DNA from: Clostridia bacterium
Lineage (GTDB): Bacteria; Bacillota; Clostridia; Christensenellales; UBA1242
DNA: 64,000 bases
Assembly (NCBI GenBank): GCA_028709705.1
Contig: JAQVWL010000005.1
Coordinates: 892 to 64,891, forward strand
Direction of reading: 5' to 3'
The position numbers were made by a program, and so were the translations under genes. How positions within the stretch are numbered: position 1 is the stretch's first letter; each line of letters begins with the position of its first letter. The notes beneath the pieces were generated by a model. The model did not search any database and was not told the DNA's origin. It saw only the letters and a list, made by a program, of their open reading frames with translations. Below are positions 44,688 to 55,500 of the stretch, one piece after another.

Positions 44688-45608
44688 ATGTATATAATTA
44701 TTATATTAGGTATCGTATTATTGTTATTATTTGCGTTGTCGGTTAGAATTGTAAATCAGTCAACCGCCGTTGTTGTGGAAAGGCTTGGTAAATATCACAA
44801 AACGCTTGAAACAGGTGTTCATTTGATTTTGCCTATTTTTGACAGATCGAAAATGCCAATAGTTTTAAAAGAAAAAGTTGCAGATTTTGCTCCGCAACCA
44901 ATCATCACAAAAGATAACGTTACAATGCAGATCGACACAGTTGTATATTACCAAATAACCGACCCAAAACTTTACACTTATGGAGTTGAAAGACCAATCA
45001 GTGCCATTGAAAATTTAACCGCAACAACTCTTCGTAATATAGTTGGCGAACTTGAACTTGACGAAACTTTAACAAGCAGAGATATTGTTAACAGCAAAAT
45101 GCGATTAATTCTTGATGAAGCGACTGACCCTTGGGGAATTAAAATAAATAGAGTTGAATTAAAAAACATTGACCCGCCAAAAGTTATTAGAGAAGCAATG
45201 GAAAAACAAATGCGAGCAGAAAGAGAAAGGCGAGAAGTGATTTTGTTGGCAGAAGGCGATAAAAAGAGCAACATTTTGAAAGCAGAAGGCGAAAAAGAAG
45301 CGGCAATTTTGCGAGCAGAAGCCAAAAAAATTTCATTTATTGCAGAAGCGGAAGGCGAGGCGGAAGCAATCAAAAAAATTGTTGATGCAAATCCAAGTCA
45401 AGCCTACTTAACCCTAAAAGCATTTGAAGCATTGAAAATTGTTGCAGATGGACAAAGCACAAAATTGATAGTTCCTAGCAATATTGCAGACTTGACAAGT
45501 CTTGTTGCCAGCATAACCGAAACCACAAGTCTTGCAAAAGAACCTTATCACAAAAACAACCAAAAAAAAGCGACAATAGCAAGAAAAACTTTGGATAGTT
45601 TGGAATAG
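44688..45608 (+). CDS. SPFH/band-7 (stomatin-like) protein
   Basis: N-terminal TM segment, ITKDNVTMQIDTVVYYQI, and an EA-rich coiled coil. Confidence 0.85.
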   Translation: MYIIIILGIVLLLLFALSVRIVNQSTAVVVERLGKYHKTLETGVHLILPIFDRSKMPIVLKEKVADFAPQPIITKDNVTMQIDTVVYYQITDPKLYTYGVERPISAIENLTATTLRNIVGELELDETLTSRDIVNSKMRLILDEATDPWGIKINRVELKNIDPPKVIREAMEKQMRAERERREVILLAEGDKKSNILKAEGEKEAAILRAEAKKISFIAEAEGEAEAIKKIVDANPSQAYLTLKAFEALKIVADGQSTKLIVPSNIADLTSLVASITETTSLAKEPYHKNNQKKATIARKTLDSLE

Positions 45609-45637
45609 AAAAAATCCCAAAAAATTGGGATTTTTTT
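45609..45637 (+). terminator. intrinsic terminator
   Basis: A6-TCCCAA-AAAA-TTGGGA-T7. Confidence 0.75.
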
Positions 45638-45690
45638 ACTGCATTAAATTAAAAGTTGACAAAAAAAGTAATTTGATATAAAATAATGCT

Positions 45691-46518
45691 GTGGATAAAA
45701 ATTTATTAAATTTAATTATTCAATCAAATGAAAGAGAGATTGATGTTTTAATTGCAAATAGAATAAAAACACTACAACAAAATTGCACTAATCAATTTTT
45801 TTCATACAATTATGATAAAAGCAAAACAAATAGTTTTGGTAGTTTTATAGTTCCCCAAAATTTGATACAAATAAGTGATTATCCTTCTTGGTATATATCT
45901 TTTGATGACCAAAAAAATATTTATTTTCAATTGGCAAAAAACCTCAAAAATAATAGTACCAAAAATATTGCGGATTTCGACTTGATTTGTGATTGCGTAA
46001 GAGATACGGTATATTCAATGGTTGGGCAAACCAATCGTGCGGAAAATTTTGATAGATGCTCAAAGTTTACATTTGAAAAAGATAATGTATGCCCAATTTC
46101 AAACTTTTTTGGAAGAGATATATCCGAGTGTTCCGAAAGAGCAATTATTGCTCACAATTTGTTCAAATTTATGGGTATTGAAAGTTATTTGATGGAAGGT
46201 GTTTTAAATATTAACAACAACCAGCAATTACATAATTATAATATTGTTTACAACGAAGAAAAAGGTATTTTGTTTGATTTGGCTTGCACGCCATACAAAA
46301 AAAATCAAAAGGGCGAGTTGGAAAGAAACCCTGTAATAAAATTTTTAACAAAAAAAGAAATGATAATGTTAAAAGAACAAAGAGATAATATTCAATGTTG
46401 TTTATATTTTGGAGACAAACTTGAACCTGTTTTTTTTGAAATGCCTTCAGGGAAAAAATATAAATTGGAATATGGGCTTTGTACAATAGTTAACAAACAA
46501 ACCGCCTTAAGCAAATAA
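45691..46518 (+). CDS. hypothetical protein, possible transglutaminase-like Cys-His-Asp fold
   Basis: ECSERAIIAHNLFKFMGIESY...LHNYNIVY...ILFD has spacing reminiscent of transglutaminase-like cysteine peptidases. GTG start with no RBS. Confidence 0.35.
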   Translation: MDKNLLNLIIQSNEREIDVLIANRIKTLQQNCTNQFFSYNYDKSKTNSFGSFIVPQNLIQISDYPSWYISFDDQKNIYFQLAKNLKNNSTKNIADFDLICDCVRDTVYSMVGQTNRAENFDRCSKFTFEKDNVCPISNFFGRDISECSERAIIAHNLFKFMGIESYLMEGVLNINNNQQLHNYNIVYNEEKGILFDLACTPYKKNQKGELERNPVIKFLTKKEMIMLKEQRDNIQCCLYFGDKLEPVFFEMPSGKKYKLEYGLCTIVNKQTALSK

Positions 46519-46552
46519 AAAGTGCAAATTGATAAAAATTTGCACTTTTTTT
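46517..46552. terminator. bidirectional intrinsic terminator
   Basis: A5-GTGCAAATT-loop-AATTTGCAC-T7. Confidence 0.75.
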
Positions 46553-49010
46553 ATTCATTTTCGTTATTATCGTTTTCATTTAGTTGTGATAATGCTTCAT
46601 TAAGTTGATTTTTTAATTGTTTTTGATGTTCTTCAAGATTTCTATTTTCGTTTTCAATTTTTTCGTTTAATATTTGAATTTCATCAATAACTTCTTTTTT
46701 GGGTCTGCCCCTACCACGCTTGATAGTTGCGGTTTTTTCTTCGGTTTCAACCTTTGTAGTTTTTGCAGGTCTGCCACGCTTTCCTTTTGTTGCTTTTTCT
46801 TCGGTTTCAACCTTTATTTTTTTAGGTCTACCGCGTTTTCCTGTACTTGTTTTCTTTTCAACACTTCCAGATTCTTCGGTTTTTCTTGGTCTGCCTCTTT
46901 GTTTTTTCTCTTTTGGTGCATCTTGTTCTGAAACAACTTTTCTTGGTCTGCCTGCCTTTCTTTTTGTTGGGGTTTCCAATATTGTGACTTCGGTTTCTTG
47001 TTGTGGTGCGTGATAAGTGGTTCCATCAGCCTCGTACCAACCACCTTTTAGGTCGTGGAAATTGCCATCGGGGTCATAATAACCTTTGTTTGGATAAACA
47101 TAGTTGCCTTTATCATCATAATATGCACCGTTTTCATCAAGTTGTTGTTCTTGGGGCGTTGTTGCTGTTTTAGATTGGTCAACATTTGTTTCCACAAACT
47201 TGCTTTCATCAATAAATTGTTCTTGTTTGGCTTGTTCAATCGGTTCTTCAATTTTTGGGATTTCAACTACCGGTTCTTTTGCTTTAACAATTGTTTCTTT
47301 TGGTGGGTGATAAGTTTTTCCATCTAGTTCATACCAACCGCCAAATTCGTCGTGATAAATTCCTTCGGCATCATAATATGCACCGTTTTTGTAAAAATAG
47401 TTCCCTTTGTCATCAAAATATCCGCCGTTTTCGTCATATACAATTTCTTTTTGCTCGAATTTTGCGTTTTTTGTTTCGGGTATAATTTTGTCTTGCGTTT
47501 CAGTTGTTGGTTCTAAAATATAACCATCATCATCATATTCTTCGCCTTTTTTCTTTTTCCCGCGTCTAACTCTTTTTGTTTCTGCTTGAAGTTTTTTGCT
47601 AAAAAATCCGCCATGTTCACCAACAACTATGTTGTGTTTTTCTAAAATTGCTTTTAAATCTTCGTTTTCTTTTTCTTTTTCAGATATTTTTAAATGCGCT
47701 TCTTCTAATTGTTCTGATATTTCATCTTTCATTGCCAATAATGTGTCTTTTTCTTCTTGGTTTCTTTCTTCGGTTAAAGCAACAACACTTTTATACATTT
47801 TGGTTGAAAATGTTTGATATTCTGCTTTCATTGCTTGTTCAACATATTGTCGTTTTTCTTCCAAGTCTGCTCTTCTGGTAACAATTTCGGTGGTAAGGGA
47901 TTCCATTTCTTGATTAAATCTAATTGTTGCGCCATCGTGGTCTTTTTCAAGTTGTTCTTGTTTTTTTATTTCATCAGATTGTTGTTTTTTGATATAGTTA
48001 TTTTCAATACGATTAGTTGTTTCTTCTTGCTGTTTTCTAAGTCTGTCTATATTTTCCTTGCTGGCTTGCATTTTCTTTTGATAATCTTTTTGGGTGTTTT
48101 CATAGTTTCTTTTTATACTTTCAATTTCACTTTCAAGTTGTTGAATTTCAGACAAAAGTCTTTGCCTTACATTTATATAAGTTTCAGTTTCTTTCATTGC
48201 TCTTTCAAGCACAAGTGTGCCATCTGGTCCAACATTACTAAAATCAAAATTTTCGTGTTCAACGGCATTAAGTCTTGCTTTTTCAAGTTCTTCTTGTTCT
48301 TGTCTTGCTCTTTTTTCAAGATATTCGTTAAGTACTGGAATGCCTTTTCTTATTTCTGATTTTGTAAACAAAACTTCAAAATCTACATATTCTGGCATTG
48401 TTGCAACTGCTTTGTCCATAAATCTGTTAAAGTAGTAAAAATACTGATAAAAAGCACTTAAATTTACATTTTCTCTCGCCCTTAATACCAAAACAAATAT
48501 TGTGTTTAACAAAATAATAACAAGAGGGGTTGCCAAAACTTTTGATATAAAGGTAAAAGTTAATTCAGCAGTGCCAAGACCTGTTAAACCAAACATCAAA
48601 ACAATCAAAGCAAGTGCATTGCTTATTGAAATTAAACTTAAAATGTTTGCTTTAAAGGAACTTGTTTTTAAGGGTTTGTCGATACAGTTATAAGGACTCA
48701 TATAAAAACTGGGAGCATTTTCTCTATATAGCATATATTGATGCCAATGATAACGGAGCAACTTTGGAGTTTTTTTCATTAAATTGTTAAATTCCAATAA
48801 ATTATTAGAATCTATAAACTGGTTTCGGTTTAACCAACCATTTAACTGCAACAATTTTCGTACCATTCTCATTTCATAAGCATAGCGTGACTTTATGATA
48901 AAAAATACAGCCATTAGTATTTCAAAGCCTATACCTACAAAAAATATAAAATCCCACGTTAATCCTGAGAAAAGTTGACTTAAAAAGGCTTGAATATCGT
49001 TTAGAATCAT
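46551..49010 (-). CDS. 819-aa membrane protein: 3-TM ExbB/MotA-like head, long coiled coil, two 45-aa Y/G/D-rich repeats, five AT-hook (RGRP) motifs
   Basis: TM1 at aa 19-40. TM2/TM3 hairpin at aa 123-176 with LMFGLTGLGT. E/K/Q heptad-like region at aa 230-470. DENGGYFDDKGNYFYKNGAYYDAEGIYHDEFGGWYELDGKTYH and DENGAYYDDKGNYVYPNKGYYDPDGNFHDLKGGWYEADGTTYH. AT-hooks: AGRPRK, RGRPRK, RGRPKK, RGRPAK, RGRPKK. Confidence 0.6.
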   Translation of the reverse strand: MILNDIQAFLSQLFSGLTWDFIFFVGIGFEILMAVFFIIKSRYAYEMRMVRKLLQLNGWLNRNQFIDSNNLLEFNNLMKKTPKLLRYHWHQYMLYRENAPSFYMSPYNCIDKPLKTSSFKANILSLISISNALALIVLMFGLTGLGTAELTFTFISKVLATPLVIILLNTIFVLVLRARENVNLSAFYQYFYYFNRFMDKAVATMPEYVDFEVLFTKSEIRKGIPVLNEYLEKRARQEQEELEKARLNAVEHENFDFSNVGPDGTLVLERAMKETETYINVRQRLLSEIQQLESEIESIKRNYENTQKDYQKKMQASKENIDRLRKQQEETTNRIENNYIKKQQSDEIKKQEQLEKDHDGATIRFNQEMESLTTEIVTRRADLEEKRQYVEQAMKAEYQTFSTKMYKSVVALTEERNQEEKDTLLAMKDEISEQLEEAHLKISEKEKENEDLKAILEKHNIVVGEHGGFFSKKLQAETKRVRRGKKKKGEEYDDDGYILEPTTETQDKIIPETKNAKFEQKEIVYDENGGYFDDKGNYFYKNGAYYDAEGIYHDEFGGWYELDGKTYHPPKETIVKAKEPVVEIPKIEEPIEQAKQEQFIDESKFVETNVDQSKTATTPQEQQLDENGAYYDDKGNYVYPNKGYYDPDGNFHDLKGGWYEADGTTYHAPQQETEVTILETPTKRKAGRPRKVVSEQDAPKEKKQRGRPRKTEESGSVEKKTSTGKRGRPKKIKVETEEKATKGKRGRPAKTTKVETEEKTATIKRGRGRPKKEVIDEIQILNEKIENENRNLEEHQKQLKNQLNEALSQLNENDNNENE

Positions 49011-49156
49011 TTAAAAACTCTCCTTTATCCTGCTTAATAAAATTATTATAACACATTATTTTAAAAATAACTAATGTTTTTTTCCTATTTTTTTGCTATT
49101 TTATTAGTATTTTTTTTATTTTATAAATTATCAAAAAAAATAGTAAATATATTCAA

Positions 49157-52100
49157 TTAAATTGTTAATTTAATCAATTTTTGAGTGTATATATTCAACA
49201 AATAAACTTCATCAATCCGCTTGTCCAACACTTTTTCTACCGCCATTTTGTAAAGTTTTAATTGAGTTTGGTATTTATTTATCAACTTATTTTCTTCATT
49301 AATTAAACTATATTTATAATCTATTAAAATATTTTTATCTCCCAATAAAATTAGGTCAATAATACCTTGAATTAATATTTTGTCATTTGCACCATTTTTT
49401 ATTATTTCATTGTGTGGAACATACATCATAAACTTTTGTTCTTTTAATATTTTGTAAAATTTAAATTTTTTTAGCAAAGTTATGCAATCAAAAATTTTTT
49501 CTTTGTTTAATAACATAATTTCTTTTTCTTCAAAATTATTGATTAATAAAGTGGAGATATCGTCCAGTTTTGTAATTTTTTTAAAATCTGCAATTTCTAA
49601 TACCTTGTGATACAAAATGCCAACATCAACATTATTTGTTTGCATTGACTCTGCTATACTAAATGTTTTTGGGAAGTGGTTTTGACTTGTATATGTTTCA
49701 TAAACTTTTTGCGTTAAGGAAGAAACGGAATTTTTTAGGGCTATTTCCGTTTTGTTTGGATATTTAAAATTGAAGTAATTGTTAAATATTTTTACACAAT
49801 CCTTATCGGCTTCGCCAAAAAGGTATTTTCTTTTTTGAGATATTTCGGGCAAAAAATTGTTGTCAAAAATATTTATTGTATAATCTTTTTTGGTTATTTG
49901 TTTGCTTTGATTTATATTTTTTATGTCTTCTTCATCTAATGATTTTACAATTAAATCAAGATAAGTTGATTGGGTGCTTATTTCAAATTCGTTGTCAAAT
50001 TTTTCAAACTGCGTTTCGGTTGTTCCAACAATTATCAAATGGTTTTTTGCTCTTGTAAGTGCAACATATAACAATCTTATCTTTTCTGCAAATTCTTTTG
50101 ACTTGTTTATTTGCTTTAATGCATCAAACATTATCGACATACTTTTTGTGCGTTCTATTTGGTCATAATATTTCAAACCAATGCCATATTTTTGATTTAT
50201 TGTTATTTCTGAATTGGGCTGAGTTTTTGTAAAATCACTGCCCGCATTTACAAAAATAACAATAGGAAACTCCAAACCCTTACTTGAATGAACTGTGGTA
50301 ATATTTACACAATTTTCGCCATCAACAAAGTTTGGTGCATTAATATTTTCTCCATTTTCTTCAACGAAACTTAAAAAGCCACAAATATCATTGTTATATT
50401 CATTTATCAAAAAGTCAGAAACAAATTTTTTTAGTTTTGCCACCTTTTCATTACCATCGTTTTTGGTCAAAAGAAATGTAAAATAGTCAAAATTGTTTAT
50501 AAGTTTGTTTAAAGCAAAATAAGCACCTTGATAATTTATATCAAAAATCAGTTCGTCAATCAATTTTTTAAATTTTGTTATTTTTGACTTGATTTCATCC
50601 TCAATATCATAGTTATTTACGCATTCAAAAAAATATTTTTTGTTATTGCTTGATAACCTAATTTTTGCCAATTCGTTGTATGTCAAACCGCCAAAGACAC
50701 TATGCAGGCAAATCGCCAAAGCATTATCGTTTTGAAAGTTTTTGCACAATTTTAACAAGTTGACAAATATTTGTACTTCGGGTTCATCGTATAAAGATTT
50801 TTTTGTGTTTGCGTAAATTGGAATACCAAAACCAACCAAAACGTTACAAAAATCATCAAAATAAGCCCCACGATTGCTAACCAAAATAGTAATATCTTTA
50901 AACTCGACTTCTTTTTCGGATTTTTTTGAGGGAATATAAATTTTTTTGCCTATCAGTTCTCCTATTTTTTTTGCAACAACAAACGCTTCGTTTTGTGCAG
51001 TGTTTTGCTTGTCATTAAAAAAAGTATGGTTTTTTACACTATAAATTTCAGGAGGAGGTAACAACTCTTGCTTGTTTTGTTTTTTGATAATGTTTATTTC
51101 AACAGTTGGAATATCTTGCCCCAAAACATCTAAATATTGTGCCTGTCCATCAAGGCAAGAACTTTTTTTGTAATCAATTTTGGCAGTTTTTTCTGTCATT
51201 ATAACATTGAAAACTTGATTTACAAAGTCCAAAATTTTTTTGTGACTTCTGTAATTTGAATTCAAAAATTTGACATCTGCATTTATATCTTCACAAAATT
51301 TGTTTTGCATTTCCAAAAAAATGTCCGGCTCGGCTTGTCGAAAACCATAAATACTTTGTTTGACATCTCCGACCATAAAACGATTGTTTATTTTTGAAAT
51401 AGCGGACAATATTTTTTCTTGCAAACGGTTTGCATCTTGATATTCGTCAACAAAAATATTGCTATATTTGCTTTTTATTTGCTCTTGGATTTTTTCATTT
51501 TCTAACAAGTTTAAGGCAAATTTTTCTAGGTCGTTAAAATCCAAACTATTTATTTCGCTTTTTAGTTTTGAAAACTCTGCTTGAAAATCTTGTGTTATTT
51601 CCAGCAAAATCAAAACTATTTCTTTTGTTTCCACAAAAGATTTTTGTATGTTTTCTTTGTTATAATTATAGCTTTTTATTTTATCACAAAATTTTTTCAA
51701 GGTATCTTTTTGATTGTTTATTTCCAAAAGCAAATCTTCATAACCGTTTACTTTGTAGTGTTTATCAAATTGAAAGTTGCTTAAAATTTTGCAGTTATTA
51801 AAAAAATTTTCTTCTGATAAATTTTCTTTAACCATATCAAGTTGGCTCAAAATTGTATTACAATAACCAATGTATTTTTTTATATTTAAAACTTCACATT
51901 GTTTTTGCAATTTTTCAAATTTGTTTTTAAAATGCTTTGCTGTTTCAAAAAAATTTGTGTTCAAAACTTTATAGGCATAATTTTGCGTTACTTCTTTTTC
52001 GTAAAATTGAGTTGCTATTTTTAAACACCAATCATAAGGATTGTCAATTGCGACTAAAAACTTGTTTATTTCTTCTATCATAGAAAATATTGTTTTTTCA

Positions 52101-52588
52101 TTTCGCGTTTTTCCATAAATATTTATTAGTTTTGCCAATTTGTCTTGCTGTTTTTCGTTATAAAGTGCAATAATATTTTTTAGTGCCTGCGATTTTAGTT
52201 TTTGTGCTTTTGTTTCGTCCAACACAACAAAATTGGGGTTGATATTTAAAAACATAAAATATTTTTTTATAAGTTTTTGAAAAAATCCATGCAATGTGGA
52301 TATGTCAGCGGTTGAAACATCATCAATTTGGTCAAGAAGTTGTGAGTTTGTTTGAGATTGCTCATATAACGCACTTATCAGTTTTTGCTTCATTTCCAAA
52401 GCTGAAGCATTTGTGTAGGTCAGAACCAAAATATTTTTTATGTTTTGCTTGTTTTTAACAATCAAGTTTATAATTTTTTGTATCATAACTGTTGTTTTTC
52501 CACTGCCGGCAGAGGCAGAAACAATCAAGTTTTTGTCAAAGCAATTTAAAACTTCTAATTGTTCTTTTTTAAATTCAATTTTGCTCAT
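49157..52588 (-). CDS. addA: ATP-dependent helicase/nuclease AddA
   Basis: ASAGSGKTTVM (Walker A), UvrD-like motifs and a C-terminal nuclease (GIIDLI...DYK). Start moved to the ATG at 52588 (RBS GAGG). Overlaps the addB stop. Confidence 0.85.
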   Translation of the reverse strand: MSKIEFKKEQLEVLNCFDKNLIVSASAGSGKTTVMIQKIINLIVKNKQNIKNILVLTYTNASALEMKQKLISALYEQSQTNSQLLDQIDDVSTADISTLHGFFQKLIKKYFMFLNINPNFVVLDETKAQKLKSQALKNIIALYNEKQQDKLAKLINIYGKTRNEKTIFSMIEEINKFLVAIDNPYDWCLKIATQFYEKEVTQNYAYKVLNTNFFETAKHFKNKFEKLQKQCEVLNIKKYIGYCNTILSQLDMVKENLSEENFFNNCKILSNFQFDKHYKVNGYEDLLLEINNQKDTLKKFCDKIKSYNYNKENIQKSFVETKEIVLILLEITQDFQAEFSKLKSEINSLDFNDLEKFALNLLENEKIQEQIKSKYSNIFVDEYQDANRLQEKILSAISKINNRFMVGDVKQSIYGFRQAEPDIFLEMQNKFCEDINADVKFLNSNYRSHKKILDFVNQVFNVIMTEKTAKIDYKKSSCLDGQAQYLDVLGQDIPTVEINIIKKQNKQELLPPPEIYSVKNHTFFNDKQNTAQNEAFVVAKKIGELIGKKIYIPSKKSEKEVEFKDITILVSNRGAYFDDFCNVLVGFGIPIYANTKKSLYDEPEVQIFVNLLKLCKNFQNDNALAICLHSVFGGLTYNELAKIRLSSNNKKYFFECVNNYDIEDEIKSKITKFKKLIDELIFDINYQGAYFALNKLINNFDYFTFLLTKNDGNEKVAKLKKFVSDFLINEYNNDICGFLSFVEENGENINAPNFVDGENCVNITTVHSSKGLEFPIVIFVNAGSDFTKTQPNSEITINQKYGIGLKYYDQIERTKSMSIMFDALKQINKSKEFAEKIRLLYVALTRAKNHLIIVGTTETQFEKFDNEFEISTQSTYLDLIVKSLDEEDIKNINQSKQITKKDYTINIFDNNFLPEISQKRKYLFGEADKDCVKIFNNYFNFKYPNKTEIALKNSVSSLTQKVYETYTSQNHFPKTFSIAESMQTNNVDVGILYHKVLEIADFKKITKLDDISTLLINNFEEKEIMLLNKEKIFDCITLLKKFKFYKILKEQKFMMYVPHNEIIKNGANDKILIQGIIDLILLGDKNILIDYKYSLINEENKLINKYQTQLKLYKMAVEKVLDKRIDEVYLLNIYTQKLIKLTI

Positions 52589-55500
52589 CTGCGACCTCAC
52601 TTTTATTTTTTTTATTTTCAAAAAATTTTTTGTCCAATAAATATACTTTTTCACGGCATTTTCCGTTAAAGCCACAAAGTGCAAGATAGGGGCAACTTAA
52701 ACAAACGCCTTTTTGCGGAGAAGGTTCAAAACTTCCATCTAACATTTCCTCAATCGCTTTGGTTGCAATTTTTATCGAATATTCGCCCATATTTTGCAAA
52801 GTTTCCTCCTCTATGGAATCTTTTTTCAAATATACTTTTTCGCCATTTTGAATATTTTCTTTACTTGTGCTTATATTGCAAGAAAAAATTTTACTGCTTG
52901 GATTGTCAAAAGTAAGTGAAGGATCCATTGCGGATAAAAATTTTTCATCAAATATACTTTTGCCTTGAAGCATATAGTTTTTGGAATCTTCTTCAATTTC
53001 ATTTTTTATAACAAAATAATAAACTCCGCAAGCTTTTTGTTTTAAATAATTTTTTAGTGCCATCATATAAACAAAAATTTGAATTTTGTTTCCATAATAT
53101 AAATTTGTATCAATACTTTTTTCTTCTTTTCCTGTTTTATAATCTATAACAATAAACATATCATTAAAAAAATCGACCCTGTCAATAACCCCAACAAGTT
53201 TGAAAGTTTGGTTGTTGGCAAACAAGTCAAAAGTTTGGTTTTCACCACCAAAATACACTTCCAAGTTTTGAGGCTTAAACCTTGAAATGTTTTGTGAATA
53301 ATAAAGATATTCACACAAGCGTTTACACTCTTCTTCAAGTACTTTTGCTGACAATTTATTTATTTTTAACAATAATCTATAATTATTTGGATTATTTTTT
53401 ATTATTTTTATTATTATTTTAATTATTTCTTCAATATTTTGTTTGTTATTTTTTATATTTTCTATATATTTATTTTTTGGTTCCAAAAATATATGTGCAA
53501 CTTCGTGCAAAATAATTCCAATATCCTTATTATTCAAAACTGCATTTTCTTTTTCTTTTAACCCAAGTCCATAAACAACATATTGTTGAAAAGGGCAAGA
53601 AAAATATTTTTGTATTTGTGAGATTTTCGTCTTGTTGCTTTTAAAAAACAAGTCATTTGTTTTTTCTAACATTTCTTCCTTGTTTTTATAAAATTTTTGT
53701 ATGTCATTTTTTAAAATATCAAATAACGAATTTAAAACAAAATTATTTGCTATGTTGCTTTGAAAAATTAATTTTAATAATATTTCTTTTGCTTTGTTTT
53801 TAGTTCCACAAAAAACTGCAAAATTTTGAGCAATAACATTTTTGTCTTCATAAACACTTTTTATTAAACTTTCATTGCCTGCTGTTTTTAAGTTTTTTTC
53901 TCCAAATATTTCTAACAAATTTTTCACAAATTCACTAGCAATAGACTTTTGCCCATCGCTTTCGCTAAAACTATATGAAACATACAAATGTTTTTTTGCA
54001 CTTTGCAACGTATTAAACACCTTGAATCTGTTTCTGCGGTTTATCATTTTTACAGTTGGAGTAAGTTCAATTTTGGTAGAAATTTTTTCTATAACATCAT
54101 CGCCAATTATTCCATTGTCTTTTAAATATATTGGCAGTAAATTTTCATTTGCTCCCAAAACAAACAAGTAATCAATTTCTTCAAAAAAACTTGTTGTTGC
54201 ATCGCCAACAAAAATTGAATCTACGCTTATCGGAACAGTTGACATTTCTTGATTTTTTATCACACTTTCAAAAAGTTCTACAAAATCAGAAAACAAAATT
54301 TTGTCTTCGCCAATAGTTTTTTCAAAACTATTTAGCACCGTTTCCAACTTATCAAAAATTTGTATGTAAATTTTTTCTAATTTAATTAACCCTTTATTTT
54401 TAAAATTATTGATTAAATTTATATTAATTTCCTTCAAATTAAATAAAATAATAATATTTTTAATTAAATTTATATAATTTTTAATATTTTTACAATTATT
54501 TTTAATATTTATTAATTCTTTTATATTTTTAAATAATTTATTTTTTATCTGATTTATATTTTCATTTTTTGTTTCTTCAAAAATTGAAGTTGATTGAATA
54601 TTGTATTTTTCAATAAAGTCCAATAAAATATTTTTTTCGTTTTTGTCAAGACCATTAAACTCACTTATAACAAAATTTTGCAAACATTCTTTTTGCATCA
54701 AAAAATTTAAAACCAAAACTATAAAATTTGTTAAAGAAGTTTGCGACAAATTTATATTGGTATCCAAATAAAAGTTAAAATCATATTCGTTAAATACTTT
54801 TTCAATTTCATCTTTGTATTTTTCCAAATTGCCACAAGCAACCGCAATGTTTTTGTATTTTGCGTTTTGGCTAAATATCAAATTTTTTATTTGTTTTGCT
54901 ATTTGTTCGACTTCTTCTTTTATAGTTTGTGTTTCAAAAACAGTCAAAAACTCGCTTTGCAAAATTTGAGGTTTTAGGGCAAACAAATTTTTTTGAATTG
55001 CATTTTGAAATTGGTTTAAATTATTTGTTACCGTTTCCACTGTTAGCAAATACTTATTTTCTTTCGCCAACAAAGTCAATTTGTTAAATATATCTTTTTC
55101 AAAAATAAAATCGTTTGACTGTATGCCGGCTTTTATTACTCCAATAGTTACATTATTTGCTGTTTTTATCAAATTTTTCAAAACTGAATATCCTTGTTTT
55201 GTGAAAGAGTCAAAATTAAGATAAAAAAAGTTATAATTTTTTAAGTCAAGTTGCAAAGTTGCATTTTCTAAAACCGACAAAACATTTGTGCTGTCAAGTC
55301 TATCGTTCAATAATACTTCATATTCTTCAAAAACAATTGCCAAATCTTGCATTTTGTTTTTAAGCAATTCATCTTCGCCAAGATAAGAATTTTTGATTTG
55401 TTCAAAATTGACTTCATTAGATTTAAATTGCATAATAGAGTTGTAAATCTCTTCAATCAACCCGTTATTTATATTTGTGTTAAAATAAACTAATTCATTT

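Noticed and set aside
45690-45698. A third perfect DnaA box, TGTGGATAA, overlapping the GTG start of ORF 45691.
   Set aside because: A single 9-mer of this composition is expected roughly once by chance in 64 kb on both strands. There are no companion boxes.
46551-49010. A Zorya-type defence system, with the large protein as ZorA.
   Set aside because: No ZorB/MotB-like, ZorC or ZorD genes are adjacent. The neighbours are addA and a convergent orphan gene. Only the architectural analogy is retained, as a hypothesis.
53340-54560. Near-pure A/T tracts (also 11935-12060 and 21840-21990) that could be DNA-unwinding elements or insertions.
   Set aside because: The AddB tracts are in frame and encode N/I/K-rich low-complexity inserts. 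This is consistent with general AT mutational pressure rather than discrete elements.
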